NCBI GenBank assembly: GCA_951406725.2 | Contig: OX597815.1 | Coordinates: 80,476,001 to 80,540,000, forward strand | DNA: 64,000 nt | DNA from: Octopus vulgaris | Lineage: Eukaryota | Reading direction: 5' to 3' | Part shown: positions 38,815-52,945 of the stretch, one piece after another | How positions within the stretch are numbered: position 1 is the stretch's first letter | Layout: the number at the start of each line of letters is the position of its first letter | The notes under the pieces: model-generated | The model's database searches: none | What the model saw: the letters and a program-made list of their open reading frames with translations, nothing else | Told to the model about the DNA's origin: nothing | Translations under genes and position numbers: made by a program

Positions 38815-39457
38815 GTGTATGCAGAGAGAGGGGAGAGAGAGAGAGAGAAAGAGAGAGAGAAATAGAGAAAATAGAGAGGAGAAAGTGGAGTCGACATCAT
38901 AGGTCATTAGTTGATATCGCCATCAGCAACTTCACAAACGCGACCAGAATCCCCACCACTACCACCACAATCAAACGACTGCCATTTTATCACCAACCCC
39001 TGCTCCGAGCCTATCGTTGTGTTTCTTGGTTTAAATCATTTAAATTTATTTGCTCCAGCTAAGACTAACCAAACAGCATTACTTTTTATATCATAACCGC
39101 CACTTTCACGATCATCTCAGCAACTATCACTTCTGTCTGTTTGTCTGGCTATCTGACCATTTCTCATCGTCAAGATATATACTGTATATACATGCATACA
39201 TACATACATACATGCATACATACATACATACATACATACATACATACATACATACATACATACATACATACATACATACATACATACATACATACATACA
39301 TACATAGTTACATACATACATATATATATATGTTTTATCATGGCTGCCGAATAATTGTCACATATTACATTTACAGATAAATTCCTCTATTTTACATAAT
39401 ATCGAGGTCTCTTTCATTCTTTTGTTGCGTTACCATTTTTATCAATATATATCTATA

Positions 39458-39519
<62 letters not shown>

Positions 39520-39552
39520 CTGACTGCGACCATTCTGGAGTACCACCTTAAA

Positions 39553-39651
<99 letters not shown>

Positions 39652-39888
39652 TAACAATAAACATTGGATGAAATTTATAAGCATTTAATGTTTATAAATT
39701 CCATCCAAGGATTATTGTTCTTACCATTATTACATTTATCCTACATTATATATCGGTACAGTTCGATGCAATTCCTAAAAACTGGTTCACCAGACTGGCC
39801 AGCATAGCAGAATAGGAGCTATATTGCATATTTAAAAAAATGTTACCCATAAACAATGTTACCCATAAACAAATTTAATATGTATATG

Positions 39889-39929
<41 letters not shown>

Positions 39930-39931
<2 letters not shown>

Positions 39932-40231
39932 CCGACCTGGCTATAAGATGTTGCTACACATCGCTGGTCACAATGCGCTTCGCATTGTTTTAGCCTTCAA
40001 ATGACGCCACCCCGCTGGCTAAGTGAGCAGGCCAACAGAAGAAAGAGTGAGAGAAAGTTGTGGCGAAAGTGTACCGCAGAGATCGTCACCCACCCCACAT
40101 TCCTGGTGGAGCCTCTTGGAGCTTTTGATGTTTTTGCTCAATAAACACTCACAACGCCCGGTCTGAAATCAAAACCGCGATCCTACGACCGCGAGTCCTC
40201 TGCCCTAACCACTGGGCCATTGCGCCTCCAC
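39930..40231 (-). mobile_element. tRNA-derived SINE family C
   Basis: Head GGAGGCGCAATGGCCCAGTGGTTAGGGCAG...GCGGTTTTGATTTC (boxes A and B); the body is near-identical to 59974-60143. Confidence 0.85.
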
Positions 40232-40245
40232 TTATATGTACGTGT

Positions 40246-40359
<114 letters not shown>

Positions 40360-41149
40360 AGAGAGAAAGAGTTAGTTGTTAGAAGCAACACTATTAGTGT
40401 AAACATTATTGATGTCTCAAACATAATCCATGCCTTACATTTAAACGTTTTCATGCTGCGGTATGTCATCCGGGGAGAGTTCCTTTAACATGTAGAACGT
40501 TACTCTTCGCAGTTACTTCACCTTATCCGCACCGTATACTAGAGTCATTCAGAAAATGAATTTAAATCGCTGGTCTGAATTATATGCAAATACCGTAAAA
40601 TATATCTACAACGCAAATAAAGCAAGCTTAAACTTTAAGTTAGAAACACGTCTAATAATGTAAACAACAACTGATATCACATTCTTAATGCATATGATTT
40701 TTTTCTTATACGCTTTCAGGCTGCGCTATTTCGTTCCTTTATGAAGTAGAGTGTGAAAATACACTGTATATCTCAAAACTGGGTGAAACGAATTTTATAT
40801 GTATGTGTGTGTGTATTAAGCACGTTTGTATATGCGTGTTCACATATTTGTATATATGTATGTTATGTTATCTTCTGTTTTTTTCTTCTTTTTATTATTA
40901 TTTGAAGTCTTTTTGTAAGGAGGGGTGTTGGTTTCTAACGAAGATACAAAGCTACATTATTGGAAGGCAAGTAACAAAGCAATGTCACATGTTGAACTTG
41001 TTTCACATAATTTTTACTGTTCTGCTTACAGACTGCATTTGTAACGTGCATATCAGTTAGTTGATTTCTTTTCTGAAGACTTTACCTGCCCCAAATTACC
41101 ACTTAGACATTTACTAACAAAACCAAGAGCACCGGTTATTTTTAGTGTA

Positions 41150-42135
41150 AATGTGAATTTATAATCTGGGTATAGTAACAAATAGTTTCGAAGTACAGCT
41201 CACCACCAAGCCAGTGCATATTTTTATTTATCTGTCCCAAACAACTCTATCCAATTTGTTATGTTTGTTATGTTTGCATTTGATAGAAGTCTTGATGAGA
41301 TTGCTCCACCAACATTCCTAGTGCTGATGCCCAATGTTTATGTCAAGACATTCTTTCGAAAGGCATTGCATATTGCTTTTAGCGAGAACGTTATGTCGCA
41401 TTGAGATTTAGTACCTCGTTCACGTATGTTATGTTTGTCAGAGAAATATGACATAATCGACGTCTCCGGTTGCATGCTGAGGCTACAAGGGCTTCGCGGT
41501 CTCTTTTGTTCCTTAGGTATTTTTGCACCAATCTCCTGTACTCCGATTGCAAACGTATAGTCTTCGAAGTGTGATGTGATGTGGCAGTCTCAACTCTATG
41601 GAAACTGGACTTCGGGAAATATAGCCATACAAAGTAATTTTGGTATGCTGAGTGATTCACATCTTCTCTGGTGTTAGTTCAGCTATTTGAGCGTTGCATA
41701 AAAGGCCGTCAGAGAAAGAATACATCCTGAGGTGTTCAGTGCCCATTCGTAAGATGTTATTCTCTTCGTTTTTCAGCACTACGTTTGTATACTAATTTTT
41801 GCACCTGTTGTTTGGTAGGCCCTATCTGAGAGATACAATATGACAGTCGAAAGCTGCCGGTACTGGTGTCAGGCATCTCCCTTCTTCATCTGTTTTCAGG
41901 CAGAACCTGTCGATATGGCTTTCCAGAAACACCTAGCTTGCCAAAATGTTTCTCAAAGACGTTAAGATAACACATATCAAGAAGTGCACTTTTCTTGGAC
42001 TTGAGATTGCCAAATCACATTACATTCGAAGGCTATGTGTTGGCAATCCAGAAACAGATTACTTTAAAAATACAAAAGAGACTGTGAAAACCTTCGAGCC
42101 CCAAGGTGAAAATATTATGTCATATTTCTCTTGAA
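41150..42135 (-). mobile_element. R4/Dong-like RLE LINE remnant
   Basis: HIDRFCLKTDEEGRCL (cf. DRLY..RKEGGRGL), ITSHFEDY.FAI and KYLRNKRD..CNRRRRLCH. Confidence 0.7.
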
Positions 42136-42163
42136 GACATCATGCATGTTTTAATGCCTATGG

Positions 42164-42512
42164 CAGTGTTTCTGAAACCGTTTACCCCTGCACAACCCTT
42201 AAAATGAATTACATGTCTCAAGGAACCCCTGCACCCCAAAAAAAATTATAAACCATATCTTTCTCATATTTTTTCATCGTAGTTCACGAGGTAAATATAA
42301 TACACACACACACATATATATGGGTCTTTTTATAACATATGTTAGATAGGATGTCTATATTACAATATTACAATAACCAATAATATGTTGCGCATGTATA
42401 GGAATATTACGATCATGAAATTAGCATTAGCATATCTCACTCTTTCTCGCAGAACCCCTAGGAACTTTTGCGGAACCTTAGGGTTCCGGGAAAGCCAGGT
42501 TGAGAAACGCTG
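42164..42512. mobile_element. hAT (Charlie-like) MITE
   Basis: TIRs CAGTGTTTCTGAAACC / GGTTGAGAAACGCTG; internal GGAACCC repeats; degenerate 8-bp TSD GCCTATGG/TTCTACGG. Confidence 0.75.
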
Positions 42513-42713
42513 TTCTACGGAGAGGATTCTTCTACAGACCAGTCAAGTATCGTAAATGTCGGTATCAACACTGGTTCTACAATCATTGTTTTGTCGCAAG
42601 AGGCGAGCACCGACTGTTTTATTTTCCTCTCGGGTTATTCTATCTTTATTTACAGCACTTTCGTTGTATATTTCCATCAATGCCTATGTATTTGTAGCAT
42701 ATAAACATGTCTT

Positions 42714-42747
<34 letters not shown>

Positions 42748-43581
42748 TGTATGTATGTATGTATGTATGTATGAATGTATGTATGTATGGATGGATGGAT
42801 GGATGGATGGATGGATGGATGGATGGATGGATGGTTGAATGGATGGATGGATAGATGAGTGGATGGATGGGTAGATGGATACATGTGTTATGTGTATGTT
42901 TGTATGTATTCGTGTATGCATATGTATAGATATGTGTATGTTTTTCAGTGTGTGTTTGCGCGCGTGTGTGTGTGTGCGCGCGCGTGTGTGTGTGCGAGCG
43001 TGTGTGTATGTGCGCGCGCGTGTGTGTGTGTGTGTGTCTATGTATGTGTGTGTTTGTGTATGAATTGAGTGTGGCGTTACAATCAGGAGAAAAATATATA
43101 CATAAAAGCTCATTGAGAGGGATGTGGAAAAACACAAACATAAATCCAACTCTCCGTTCATCAGATGTAGATTGAAGATCAAAACGATTTCATCTCTTTA
43201 ACAACAGGGTCGCTCAATTCAGAGAGCCAGGAGATTTATAACAAATGCTTCTAGGGAATTATATAGTTAAATAATACAAGTTAGGTGGGACAAACGAGAG
43301 TATACAAGCATACCAAAATTACAATAAATAAATAAATAAATAAATAAACACGTACTAAAATATTTAAATCAATCGACTTAAATAAAGCAATAAAGAAAAT
43401 AATTAGTTCTATGGATAGTATTAACTGAACATAGAGCAAAGAGACAAAGAAATTTATTCAGTTAAGCATTCGAGCTGGTTGAAGAAACAAATACAAATTG
43501 GATATAAATAGCGCATATACTGTAACTCTAATACTCTAATAGATGGATAGAAAAGCAGAGAGAGAGAAAGAGAGGAAGAGC

Positions 43582-43635
<54 letters not shown>

Positions 43636-43689
43636 GCAAAAACAAAAGAAAAGATAAGATAATCAAAAACAAGGATTTTAACCAAAAAT

Positions 43690-43920
43690 TCAGCTTGGCA
43701 TTGTATTCAGTTTCAAGAAAATGAAGTAAATACAATTTCATTGAAAAGGACGTCGCAAAGTACGAACATAGATGAAAGTCTCTCTTCATTCGTCGTTGAT
43801 TTCGTCTCTTTAAATATTGGGTCGCCTGCTTCGGAAAGTCAGCACAATGTAAGCAAAACTTTCAATGCAACACGAACAACATGGAGTAACGACAGCACCA
43901 CACTAAAGAGGGCGTGAATG
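43690..43920 (-). mobile_element. possible hAT transposase dimerization-domain remnant
   Basis: RVALKVLLTL...KSTTNEERLSSMFVL resembles IALRILLTLP...LRSTMSQERLSGLALL. Confidence 0.35.
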
Positions 43921-44263
43921 GCCGACAAAAAAACTGGTTGTTTTATCAAACGATTAGTCAAAAAGTCGATTACTTAATTGATTGTTTAGTTGATTCGCCG
44001 TCTAATAATATTCAACAGAAGTGAAATGGAACTAGTAAGTATATTTTTACTGGCAAAATAAACCTCCCCAGATACGCCACACGCACATACACACAAACAT
44101 GTGTTCTAATTTTATGTTATACAATAAATGGCGTAGCTATTCAACACATGAGTGGTTCGTACAGAGTGCACGTTGTTGCCAAGAAATCGTAAACATTTCT
44201 CAGACAATAGAGCTATTTAAATATATGTGCAGTTACATTTTAAGTGTACTAGAAAACAACACA

Positions 44264-44347
<84 letters not shown>

Positions 44348-44364
44348 CCATCCATCCATCCATC

Positions 44365-44414
<50 letters not shown>

Positions 44415-45459
44415 ATATATATATATATCTATATCTATCTATCTATATATATATATATATATAGATAGGGGTGTGTATGTTTGATTAAATGTTCAATGTT
44501 TATTTAGATCGACCAATTATGTGGTGGCAAGGTTGTTAAGAGAGAGAAAGAAAACGTGTTTTTGACTTTCCAAACTGCTTGTTACAATTGATACTTTAAT
44601 GTTCGTCCCGCATGAAGGGCACTGAATTTATCTTTCGGAATAATACATGTCATTCACTGAGAAAGCATTAAGAAATTACTTCAAGGTGGTTATGCCGAAT
44701 GTAAATAATCTTATGATTGAAGCTACATGCGATAGACCAATGCTCCAAAGAGAGCTTTATCTTCCAACGATCTAATTTCAAATAAACTTAGCTCTTTTAT
44801 ATAGAAAGTCTTAGCTTCACTAAAGGATAATTCATTTAATCTATCTGTTAATACCCACAGTACAACAGTTATTGTCCCACTCAAATTTTCATAACGGGAG
44901 ATCTGCTGAAGACTACTCGTAGATAGAAAACAAATCATCTTTGCAGCGAGCATTCACCGCAGACATGCTTTAAATTTAAATTAATTACGCAGTATCCTTA
45001 AATATCAAACCTAAGCTTCTATACACTTGTAATATTTTTGCATGCTTACATAGTCCCATACTATTATTCAATAACTATCTAATCAATGAACCATTATTTC
45101 AGTAATTGAGTAATCCAACGACAAATGTACGCTGAAAGAAATCATGAAGTAGATCATCCGAAGAGGTAACCACATTTAAAGAGACTTTCACAATCGCTGG
45201 CACAGGCTTCTCCAATCCTCATTTTGCACAGTTTTCACCAAACCAATTTCACTAAAAGTAACAGGATCGACCTGAAGCTCTACAAAAACGATTGCACGTA
45301 GGAGTTCATGACCAGGATTTAGAAACAAAGAATCTTAAAGAATCGGCCATACATAAACAAATAATAAATGCTATGACGTATGCACGCATACGTTTATGTA
45401 TGTATGTATGTATGTATGTATGTATGTATGTATGTATGTATGTCTCTTCTAATTTTTGA

Positions 45460-46250
45460 TTATTATAAATTATCCACTGAGGAGGGAGCCGGTTTCCAAC
45501 AAAGATACAAGGATCCATCTTCGGGATGTAGTTAACAGACAAATCAGACAAATTCACATTTGGAGCTTGAGAAAATCTTGCATATTCTTAATATTCTTCT
45601 CACAGATTGGACTTGTAATGTACGAATTAGCCGGTCACTTTCTGAAAATCCCAGTTTATCCAGATTCTCCTTTAAGCATTTACTAACAAAATCTAGTGCT
45701 CCAATCATTATTGGTAGAAATATGAATTCATAGTCTGGATATAGAAGCTGGAGGTTTCGAAGCAGTTGTCCATATATATCCTCATTTTCTTTGATTTTCA
45801 AAGAGATATTTATATCAGCAGGACAGCTAACCATTATGATGGTACATACCTTGGCCGCTCTGTCACAGACAACGATAACCGGCCTGTAATGCAGACGTTT
45901 TGATGGGAATATTCCACCAGTAATCCTTGAGTTTGTGTTTATGGATGTATTCCATAACAGAGGGATAAGTTTATTTCAGGACAGTCTTTTTTGCGGATGG
46001 CATTGTAAATTGTTTTAGCAAAATGATTGTGGCGCATAGTGGGATAGTACTAGGACGACATTTTAAGACAGATGCTAATGAGATGCGTAATGTCTTCAAC
46101 AGAAACATGACATAGCCTACACATGCGGTTGCACCCTGGAATTACAAGAGCGTCACTGTCTCTCTTGTTCACCAGGTGTTTTGTGGCAATCTCCTTTTCC
46201 TGGATTGCAAACGCATAGCCTTCAAAGAGTGATGTGATGTTGTGGTATTG
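45460..46250 (-). mobile_element. R4/Dong-like RLE LINE 3' part (zinc knuckle plus restriction-like endonuclease)
   Basis: FAIQEKEIATK...CRLCHVSVEDITHLISICLKM, RHN, WWNIPI and VSCPADINISLKIKENEDIYGQL...PIMIGALD. Confidence 0.85.
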
Positions 46251-46284
46251 TGTATGTATGTATGTATGTATGTATGTATGTATG

Positions 46285-46355
<71 letters not shown>

Positions 46356-46532
46356 CATACATACATATATGGAAGTAGATAAAAAGATAAGCAAGGTAGG
46401 CAGGTCGATATACAAAGAATGTTAAATACATTAAATACAAAAAAATGTATATATGTTTACATACAAAGACGTCCGACTTACACAGAATAGAACTGATATC
46501 AAAAATTAACGCGGTTGAAGAAGAGTATTACA

Positions 46533-46602
46533 AATCCAACAACTGTTGCCGGAGGCTCGATGGTCCAAAATAATGATTGCAAATTCATTCCATCATTAGA
46601 TT
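46533..46602 (-). ncRNA. degenerate hammerhead-like motif
   Basis: Minus strand AAT-CTAATGA-TGGA...TCCG-GCAA-CAGTTG-TT-GGATT; core mutated in both halves. Confidence 0.35.
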
Positions 46603-46698
46603 ATATGAGCCGAACCGCTCTCTATCTGTACAAGTTTAAAGTTCTTGAGAGCACTACAAGTGTATTCTCAACAGAGAATATCTGATTCTCATGTATGA

Positions 46699-46764
<66 letters not shown>

Positions 46765-47382
46765 GCACACAGACATACACAGAATATTGAATTTAAGTGC
46801 ATATATCTGCATGTGTATCAATGGACGCCAGCGCGTGAATGTTTATATATTCGTAAAAGTACCAGTCAACTCCATCTATTGTTATATTAGCATAGCTTAA
46901 ACATTAAAGCAAGTGGAAAAGTTTGCATCGCATCCAGCGAGGAAGGAGAATACTTCCATTTGTATTAATATCTAGAGGGTTACCAGTATAAAACCATAAT
47001 ATACATTTATTGGTATAATTATTGAAATATAAATATACATACATCAACATCTATATTTATCCTTCTCTAAGGGCAATTTTATTGCGCATTTAACTGACTG
47101 GAAAACACCGCTTAACACCCTCCCCCCATATATCTATACATTCACTTATGCACATATATATATATATGTTTGTGTCTATTTGTCTGCATGTATATATATA
47201 TATATATACATATATTTATTTACATATACATAGACATACGCGTATACATGCACACTCATACACTCATTTACAACACACATACACATATATATTTACATAT
47301 TTATATAATGTATACACATATATGTACATACAGTATATATACACATACACATAATACATAACTATACACATATTTATATATG

Positions 47383-47457
<75 letters not shown>

Positions 47458-47882
47458 TATTATAAATCTATATATAAAACTGAAATGCGTTTTTACCGCT
47501 TGGTTCGCTTTCAATGCCACTACATCCCGTCCGATTCGCTCCAAAATTTACACGGACATGTAGAATGAGGTGACGATGCGCGTGGGCTACCTTACAAATC
47601 CCTATCTTAAAAGGTGTGGTTGCTAGGGGCCATCTTCCTACCTCACCCTATTTCCTCCAGTACTCTGTCACTCCTCTTCACTTGACAATGCAACTACCGT
47701 TATTTAATGTAAAGTCTTCCTCAAATCACTTTGTCGCTATTTACTCTCTTCCAAGAACATTTTCACTCACTCTATCTCTTACCTTCCTATACATTTTACT
47801 CATGTATCTATCAGCGTTCATGGACAGTAACAAATATTACATCGCCATCCCCATCGCCATCGCATTCTATTGTCTACCTGTC

Positions 47883-47922
<40 letters not shown>

Positions 47923-48023
47923 CATATATCTAATATTATATTTTTATTTTTATGTTTTTATTTTTGGTTTTTTACTGTTTCATTTCCCTATCAGTGGTTT
48001 TATCTCTAATTTCATTTTTACGT

Positions 48024-48060
<37 letters not shown>

Positions 48061-48306
48061 TATGTGGCCCCAGTACACCCGAATGAAATCGGGTTCTCTT
48101 CATCAAAATGTGAAAAGGGGTCTACAATTATCATCGCCACAACTTATGTATGTCTTCCTCACTCACTCACTCTTTTTCCTAATGATAATTATCATCGCCA
48201 CCACCAACACCACCAACACACAATCTGGACAATCTTTCTCTTATAACAAATCATGTTTACATTGCAACGACGTCTGCCACCTCCGCCGTCTCTATTTATT
48301 CTGCAA

Positions 48307-48504
48307 ATGACCAGAACTCGGGAAACTTGGTTTAGTGTTCTATGGTCTATGACCAGAACTCGGGAAACTTGGTTGAGTGTTCTATGGTCTATGACCAGAA
48401 CTCGGGAAACTTGCTTGACTGTTCTATGGTCTATGACCAGAAATCGGGAAACTTGCTTGAGTGTTCTATGGTCTATTACCAGAACTTGGGAAACTTGGTT
48501 GAGT
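48307..48504 (+). repeat. 42-bp minisatellite, ~4.7 copies, self-complementary unit
   Basis: Unit ATGACCAGAACTCGGGAAACTTGGTTGAGTGTTCTATGGTCT. Confidence 0.95.
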
Positions 48505-49192
48505 CCTCATCTTATAAAATGTGGCCCCAGTAGACCCAAATGAAATCGGATTATATTAACCAAAAGGTGAAAAGGGGTATAAATGGGGCTGGAAGGGGAT
48601 TAAAATTTAAAGGAGCGGGTGTTTAGCAATTCTCTGTTACATCAAGCTAAAAAATTTGCGCCAGCCTTTTAATCGTCAATGTGTTGCCGTCCATGATGAA
48701 GAAGTTTTGAATGCTTGCCATCGTGAGTCTACTGTCGTGAGAAAGAATCAAGTCAAAACTTGGTTTTTAGGGATTTTCTTTTACATCAAGTTCAAAATTT
48801 TACGCCAGCCGTTGAACTGTCAATACGTTGCTGTCCGTCGTTAAGAAATGCCAGCCATGGTGACTCTACTATCCTCAAATTCTATCCCTTCAAACTTTGG
48901 TTTCCAATATTTTATTATTTTTATTCAGCTCGCAAGTTCGTCTGTCCCTTTTAAATGTTAGTGTTTTGCTGTCTGTCTTGAAGCAGATCTTTCCTTTGTA
49001 ACTGCCTGATATTTATGATTGATCTTTCTAAATATTTTATTTCTCAACTTACTCAAGATCTTTTGTTGTTTATAAATGGGAGAGAGATACATAAAGATAG
49101 AGAGTAAGAGAAAGCGAGGGAGAGTCAGAGAGAAAGGAAGAGTAAAAGAGTGGGAAAGTGAGAGAGAAAGGAGAAAGAAACAAAGAGGGAGA

Positions 49193-49510
49193 ATCATCAT
49201 CATCATCATCATCGTTTAACGTCCGTTTTCCGTGCTAGCACGGGTTGGACAGTTTGACAGGGGTCTGGGAAGCCAGGAGTCTGCACCAGGCTCCAGTCTG
49301 ATCTGGCAGTGTTTCGACAGGTGGATGCCCTTCCTAACCCCCAACCACTCTGTGAGCGTAGTGGGTGCTTTTTTGTGCCGCCTGCACAGGTGCCAGGGGG
49401 CTGGCAGCGGCCACGATCGGTTGGTGCTTTTTACGTGCCACCAGCACAGAAGCCAGTCAAGGCGGCGCTGCAATCCGCCACGTTCGGATGGTGCTTTTTA
49501 CGTGCTGAAA
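49193..49510 (-). mobile_element. SINE/retroposon with an RTE-type (ATG)n tail
   Basis: Minus strand GGTTGGGGGTTAGGAAGGGCATCCACC...CCGTGCTAGCACGGAAAACGGACGTTAAACGATGATGATG. Confidence 0.65.
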
Positions 49511-49572
49511 GGAAGCAACAGAAAGTAACAACCACACTCTTACCCGCGCGTAGAGCGGGTCACCTTCAGCTA

Positions 49573-49621
<49 letters not shown>

Positions 49622-49622
49622 A

Positions 49623-49653
<31 letters not shown>

Positions 49654-49885
49654 CATACATACATGCATGTGTATGTTTTTGTGTATGTAAGTGCGTGTAT
49701 TATATATATATGCTAACCAAGTATTAAGTATTCTTAATTAGCTTTTACATTCAAGAAAAAAAATATATATTTATATATATATATTCATTCATACATACAT
49801 GCATACACACACATACATACATGCATACACACACGCACACACACACACACACACAAACATATAAATATATATATATATATATATA

Positions 49886-51330
49886 TGCGAACCTGTTCGT
49901 TGGTTTCGTTGAGGCCCAAATATTCTCGAGTTTCACTGGTCCCACTCCTGAACTATACGGTCGTTATATTGACGACAGTATCGGCGCAACCTCACTCTCC
50001 CGTAAACATCTAGACTCTTTCCTCACTTTTGTCAAATCTTTCCATCCTGCCCTCCACTTCTCCTGCACTATTTCCGACACTCTAGTTGCCTTTCTCGACA
50101 TTTCGGTCAGCACTTCACTCTCACCACCGCCATCTACTACAAACACACAGACTCAGACTCATACCTCAACTTATCCTCCTCCCACACTAGACACACCAAG
50201 CTCTCCATCCCCTATTCCCAATTCCTCTGTCTATGCAGGCTCTGCAGTGACCACCATGACTTTAAGACTCAGTCTCAACTCATGGCTCGCCACTTCATCC
50301 TACGTAGATATCCCCTCACCACTATCCACACCACCCTAGCCAGATTACGTTGTGTGGACCGTGCATCTGCTCTTTCCCCCACGCACCAGCGCCGCCGTCA
50401 CCCGTCTCCCATTTCCCTTACCAACCACCCCACTACCCTACCTCTCCAATGCACCATTCTCCGAGCCTTCAGGCGAGTCTTTTCCGACCCCTCCACTTCG
50501 CACATCTTCCCTAACCGATCCTCCCCTTCTTCAAACGAGCCCACAACCTATGAGAACTCTTGGTCCACAGCTTCTTTCCTAACCCAACCTCCCAACCCGG
50601 CTCGTTCCTCTGCGTCCAGCTACGCTGCCGCACTTGCCCTTACCTCTCCAACACCACCCTCCTCACAGGCACCCATCATCGACCTTATCATATCACTGAC
50701 TCCTTCACCTGCACTTCTCGCAACGTCATCTACAGTATCTCCTGCTCTCTCTGTCCTTCTATATACATCGGTCAAACGGGACGCCGCTTGGCTGACCGGT
50801 TTCCGCAACGACACCCTGGTCTCGCGCCATTTCTGCTCTACCAGTCATTCTTTACAACACCTGTCTATGTTCGGATTGTCCTTGCACAGGGGCCATCCGG
50901 ACTCCCGACTTCGCCGTGAAGAGGGATTAATATTCTCTCTTCGCTACTTTGCACGATGTTCTAAGGACTGAACGTATTCTATCTCTCTCTTCTATCTTTT
51001 CTCTTTTCAATGAAAATATTTTTCCCACCGTACACTATTTTTCTCTAGTCCTGGTCTAACGAACCCTCCATTTTTGTTTTCGTTCGGTTTCCTTATATGT
51101 CTCCACTTTCCTGTTTTTCTTCCCAACTTTCAGCCTCCATCAATTCAAAATTTTATTTTGTTACTTATGGGACCAAATGTCATCGAAAATTCATATTGTC
51201 GCTGAATGCTCGAAATGATGAGTAGATAGACAGCCGACAACTGTATTACTTTTCCTATTTTCCATATTTTTTCTTTCGTTGTGTGCGTATTTAACTCGTT
51301 TGTTTTAGTACTTCATGTCGTTTATAGAGT
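49886..51330 (+). mobile_element. Penelope-like element, 5'-truncated (RT C-half plus GIY-YIG), frameshifted
   Basis: YANLFVG..E, YGRYIDD (~49962-49976), FLDISV, CRTCPYL...DSFTCTSRNVIYSISCSLCPSIYIGQTGRRLADRF; begins inside a (TA)n tract. Confidence 0.92.
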
Positions 51331-51367
51331 TGGTGATGCCCTGTACACATATATGCATATATATATG

Positions 51368-51425
<58 letters not shown>

Positions 51426-51558
51426 CAATATATAATATATATAATATATATATCATATATAATTGAAATTTACACACACACGCACACACATACACACACA
51501 CACAAACACACACACACACCACACACACGCACACACACACACACACATGTATATATAT

Positions 51559-51696
51559 ACGACGGGCTTCTTTCAGTTCCCGCCTACCAAATCGGCTCAC
51601 AATGCTTTTGTCGGCCCGAGGCTATAGTAGAAGACACTTGCTCAAGGTGCTACGCAGTGGGACTGAACTCAGAACCATGTGGTTGGTAAGCCACAC
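51559..51696 (-). mobile_element. SINE family B head
   Basis: Minus strand ACCAACCACATGGTTCTGAGTTCAGTCCCACTGCGTAGCACCTTGAGCAAGTGTCTTCTACTATAGCCTCGGGCCGAC...GAAAGAAGCCCGTCG. Confidence 0.8.
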
Positions 51697-52641
51697 ACAT
51701 ACACCCACACGTATATAATATAATCTACATAATATATAGCATATATATGCATACACACACATACAACGAGCACACAAACATACACTGATACACACACACA
51801 CGCACCCACCTATATATACTTACACACACATGAGTATCAAATAAAATAAAAACACATTCCTTAAATAACTATCAGACGGCAGCATAATTAGCGATAAATT
51901 AACTAATTTAAAACAATGAAAACTTAAGTTATACAAGCTTTAGAATCGTGTAAAGGAAAACAGGGAAACGATTTTACAACAAATAGTCAGAAAGAAAGGG
52001 AGTGTGTATGTGTATGTGCACGCGCGTGCGCATTAGTCACATTGCTGTTAAGGATTTCTTTTTAAATAAATCACCAAGCAATGTTATTATTATGAAATTT
52101 AACACCGGCACATGTATTCTCCACCCCACTTGACTATAGGCAAATGTGAACAGCATAAACTACAGAGAAAGTGGAATTAATTACCGAGCTATACGCTTTG
52201 TTAACTACATATTGGCATTTCCGCTTGCAATAGTCTGGAATTTTTAACCTTTTTTTAAAAAGAATTATTTCGTCCTCTAAATATGGCGGTCACAAATCCA
52301 TAAATCCATATGCATTATCGTTTTGACTTTCTTTCCACAAAGATTTGAAATATAATATAATATAATATGATATAATATAATGTAATATAATGTAAACATA
52401 TAAATTAATATATTATATTGTTTCATACATTTTAAAATTATACTATATTAAATTGCATGTAATTAATAACTATATACAAGGTGACTGTGACATTGTATGA
52501 ATTACAAACATGTATTAAAGAGGCGACTGTTCTGGTTAAAGATTTTTTTCATGTTTCTCTTTTAGGATATGGAAAATATGAAAAATCCGTAATAATACAG
52601 ATTAAATTCGAACTTAGTGATGAATTTATATATACATCGTA

Positions 52642-52720
<79 letters not shown>

Positions 52721-52727
<7 letters not shown>

Positions 52728-52910
52728 TCCCCTCACGATCGCTTGACAACCGATGTTGGTATGCTTGTGTCCTCGTAATCTAGCGGTTCGGCAAAAGAGA
52801 CCGATAGAATAAGTGCTGGGCTTAGAAGAATAAATCCTGGGATCGAATCGTTCGGCTAAATGCGGTGCATCAGCATGGCCGCAGTCAAATGACTGAAACA
52901 AATAAAAGAA
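52721..52910 (+). mobile_element. SINE family B tail
   Basis: GTGTTTGTCCCC...TTGACAACCGATG...GCATGGCCGCAGTCAAATGACTGAAAC. Confidence 0.8.
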
Positions 52911-52945
52911 TACAAGAAAATACATATTTTCTTTTTTTTTTTGCC

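Larger units (their letters stand above)
47467..49573 (+). mobile_element. composite non-autonomous Helitron with internal repeats and a nested retroposon
   Basis: 5' TCTATATATAAAACTG at 47467; hairpin ACCCGCGCGTAGAGCGGGT at 49542-49560 and CTAG at 49570-49573 followed by T. That the two ends belong to one element is inferred. Confidence 0.6.

Noticed and set aside
40150-40231. tRNA gene
   Set aside because: A tRNA-like SINE head continuing into a repeat body found elsewhere in the window; no full cloverleaf.
43711-43917. Plus-strand open frame after an AG as a possible host exon
   Set aside because: No recognisable protein similarity; the opposite strand fits a hAT remnant slightly better.
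44910-44975. THAP-like LCSEH motif
   Set aside because: Only a few residues match, with no upstream Cys/Trp pattern in frame.
48307-48504. CRISPR-like palindromic repeat array
   Set aside because: Units are contiguous with no unique spacers, there are no cas genes, and the context is eukaryotic.
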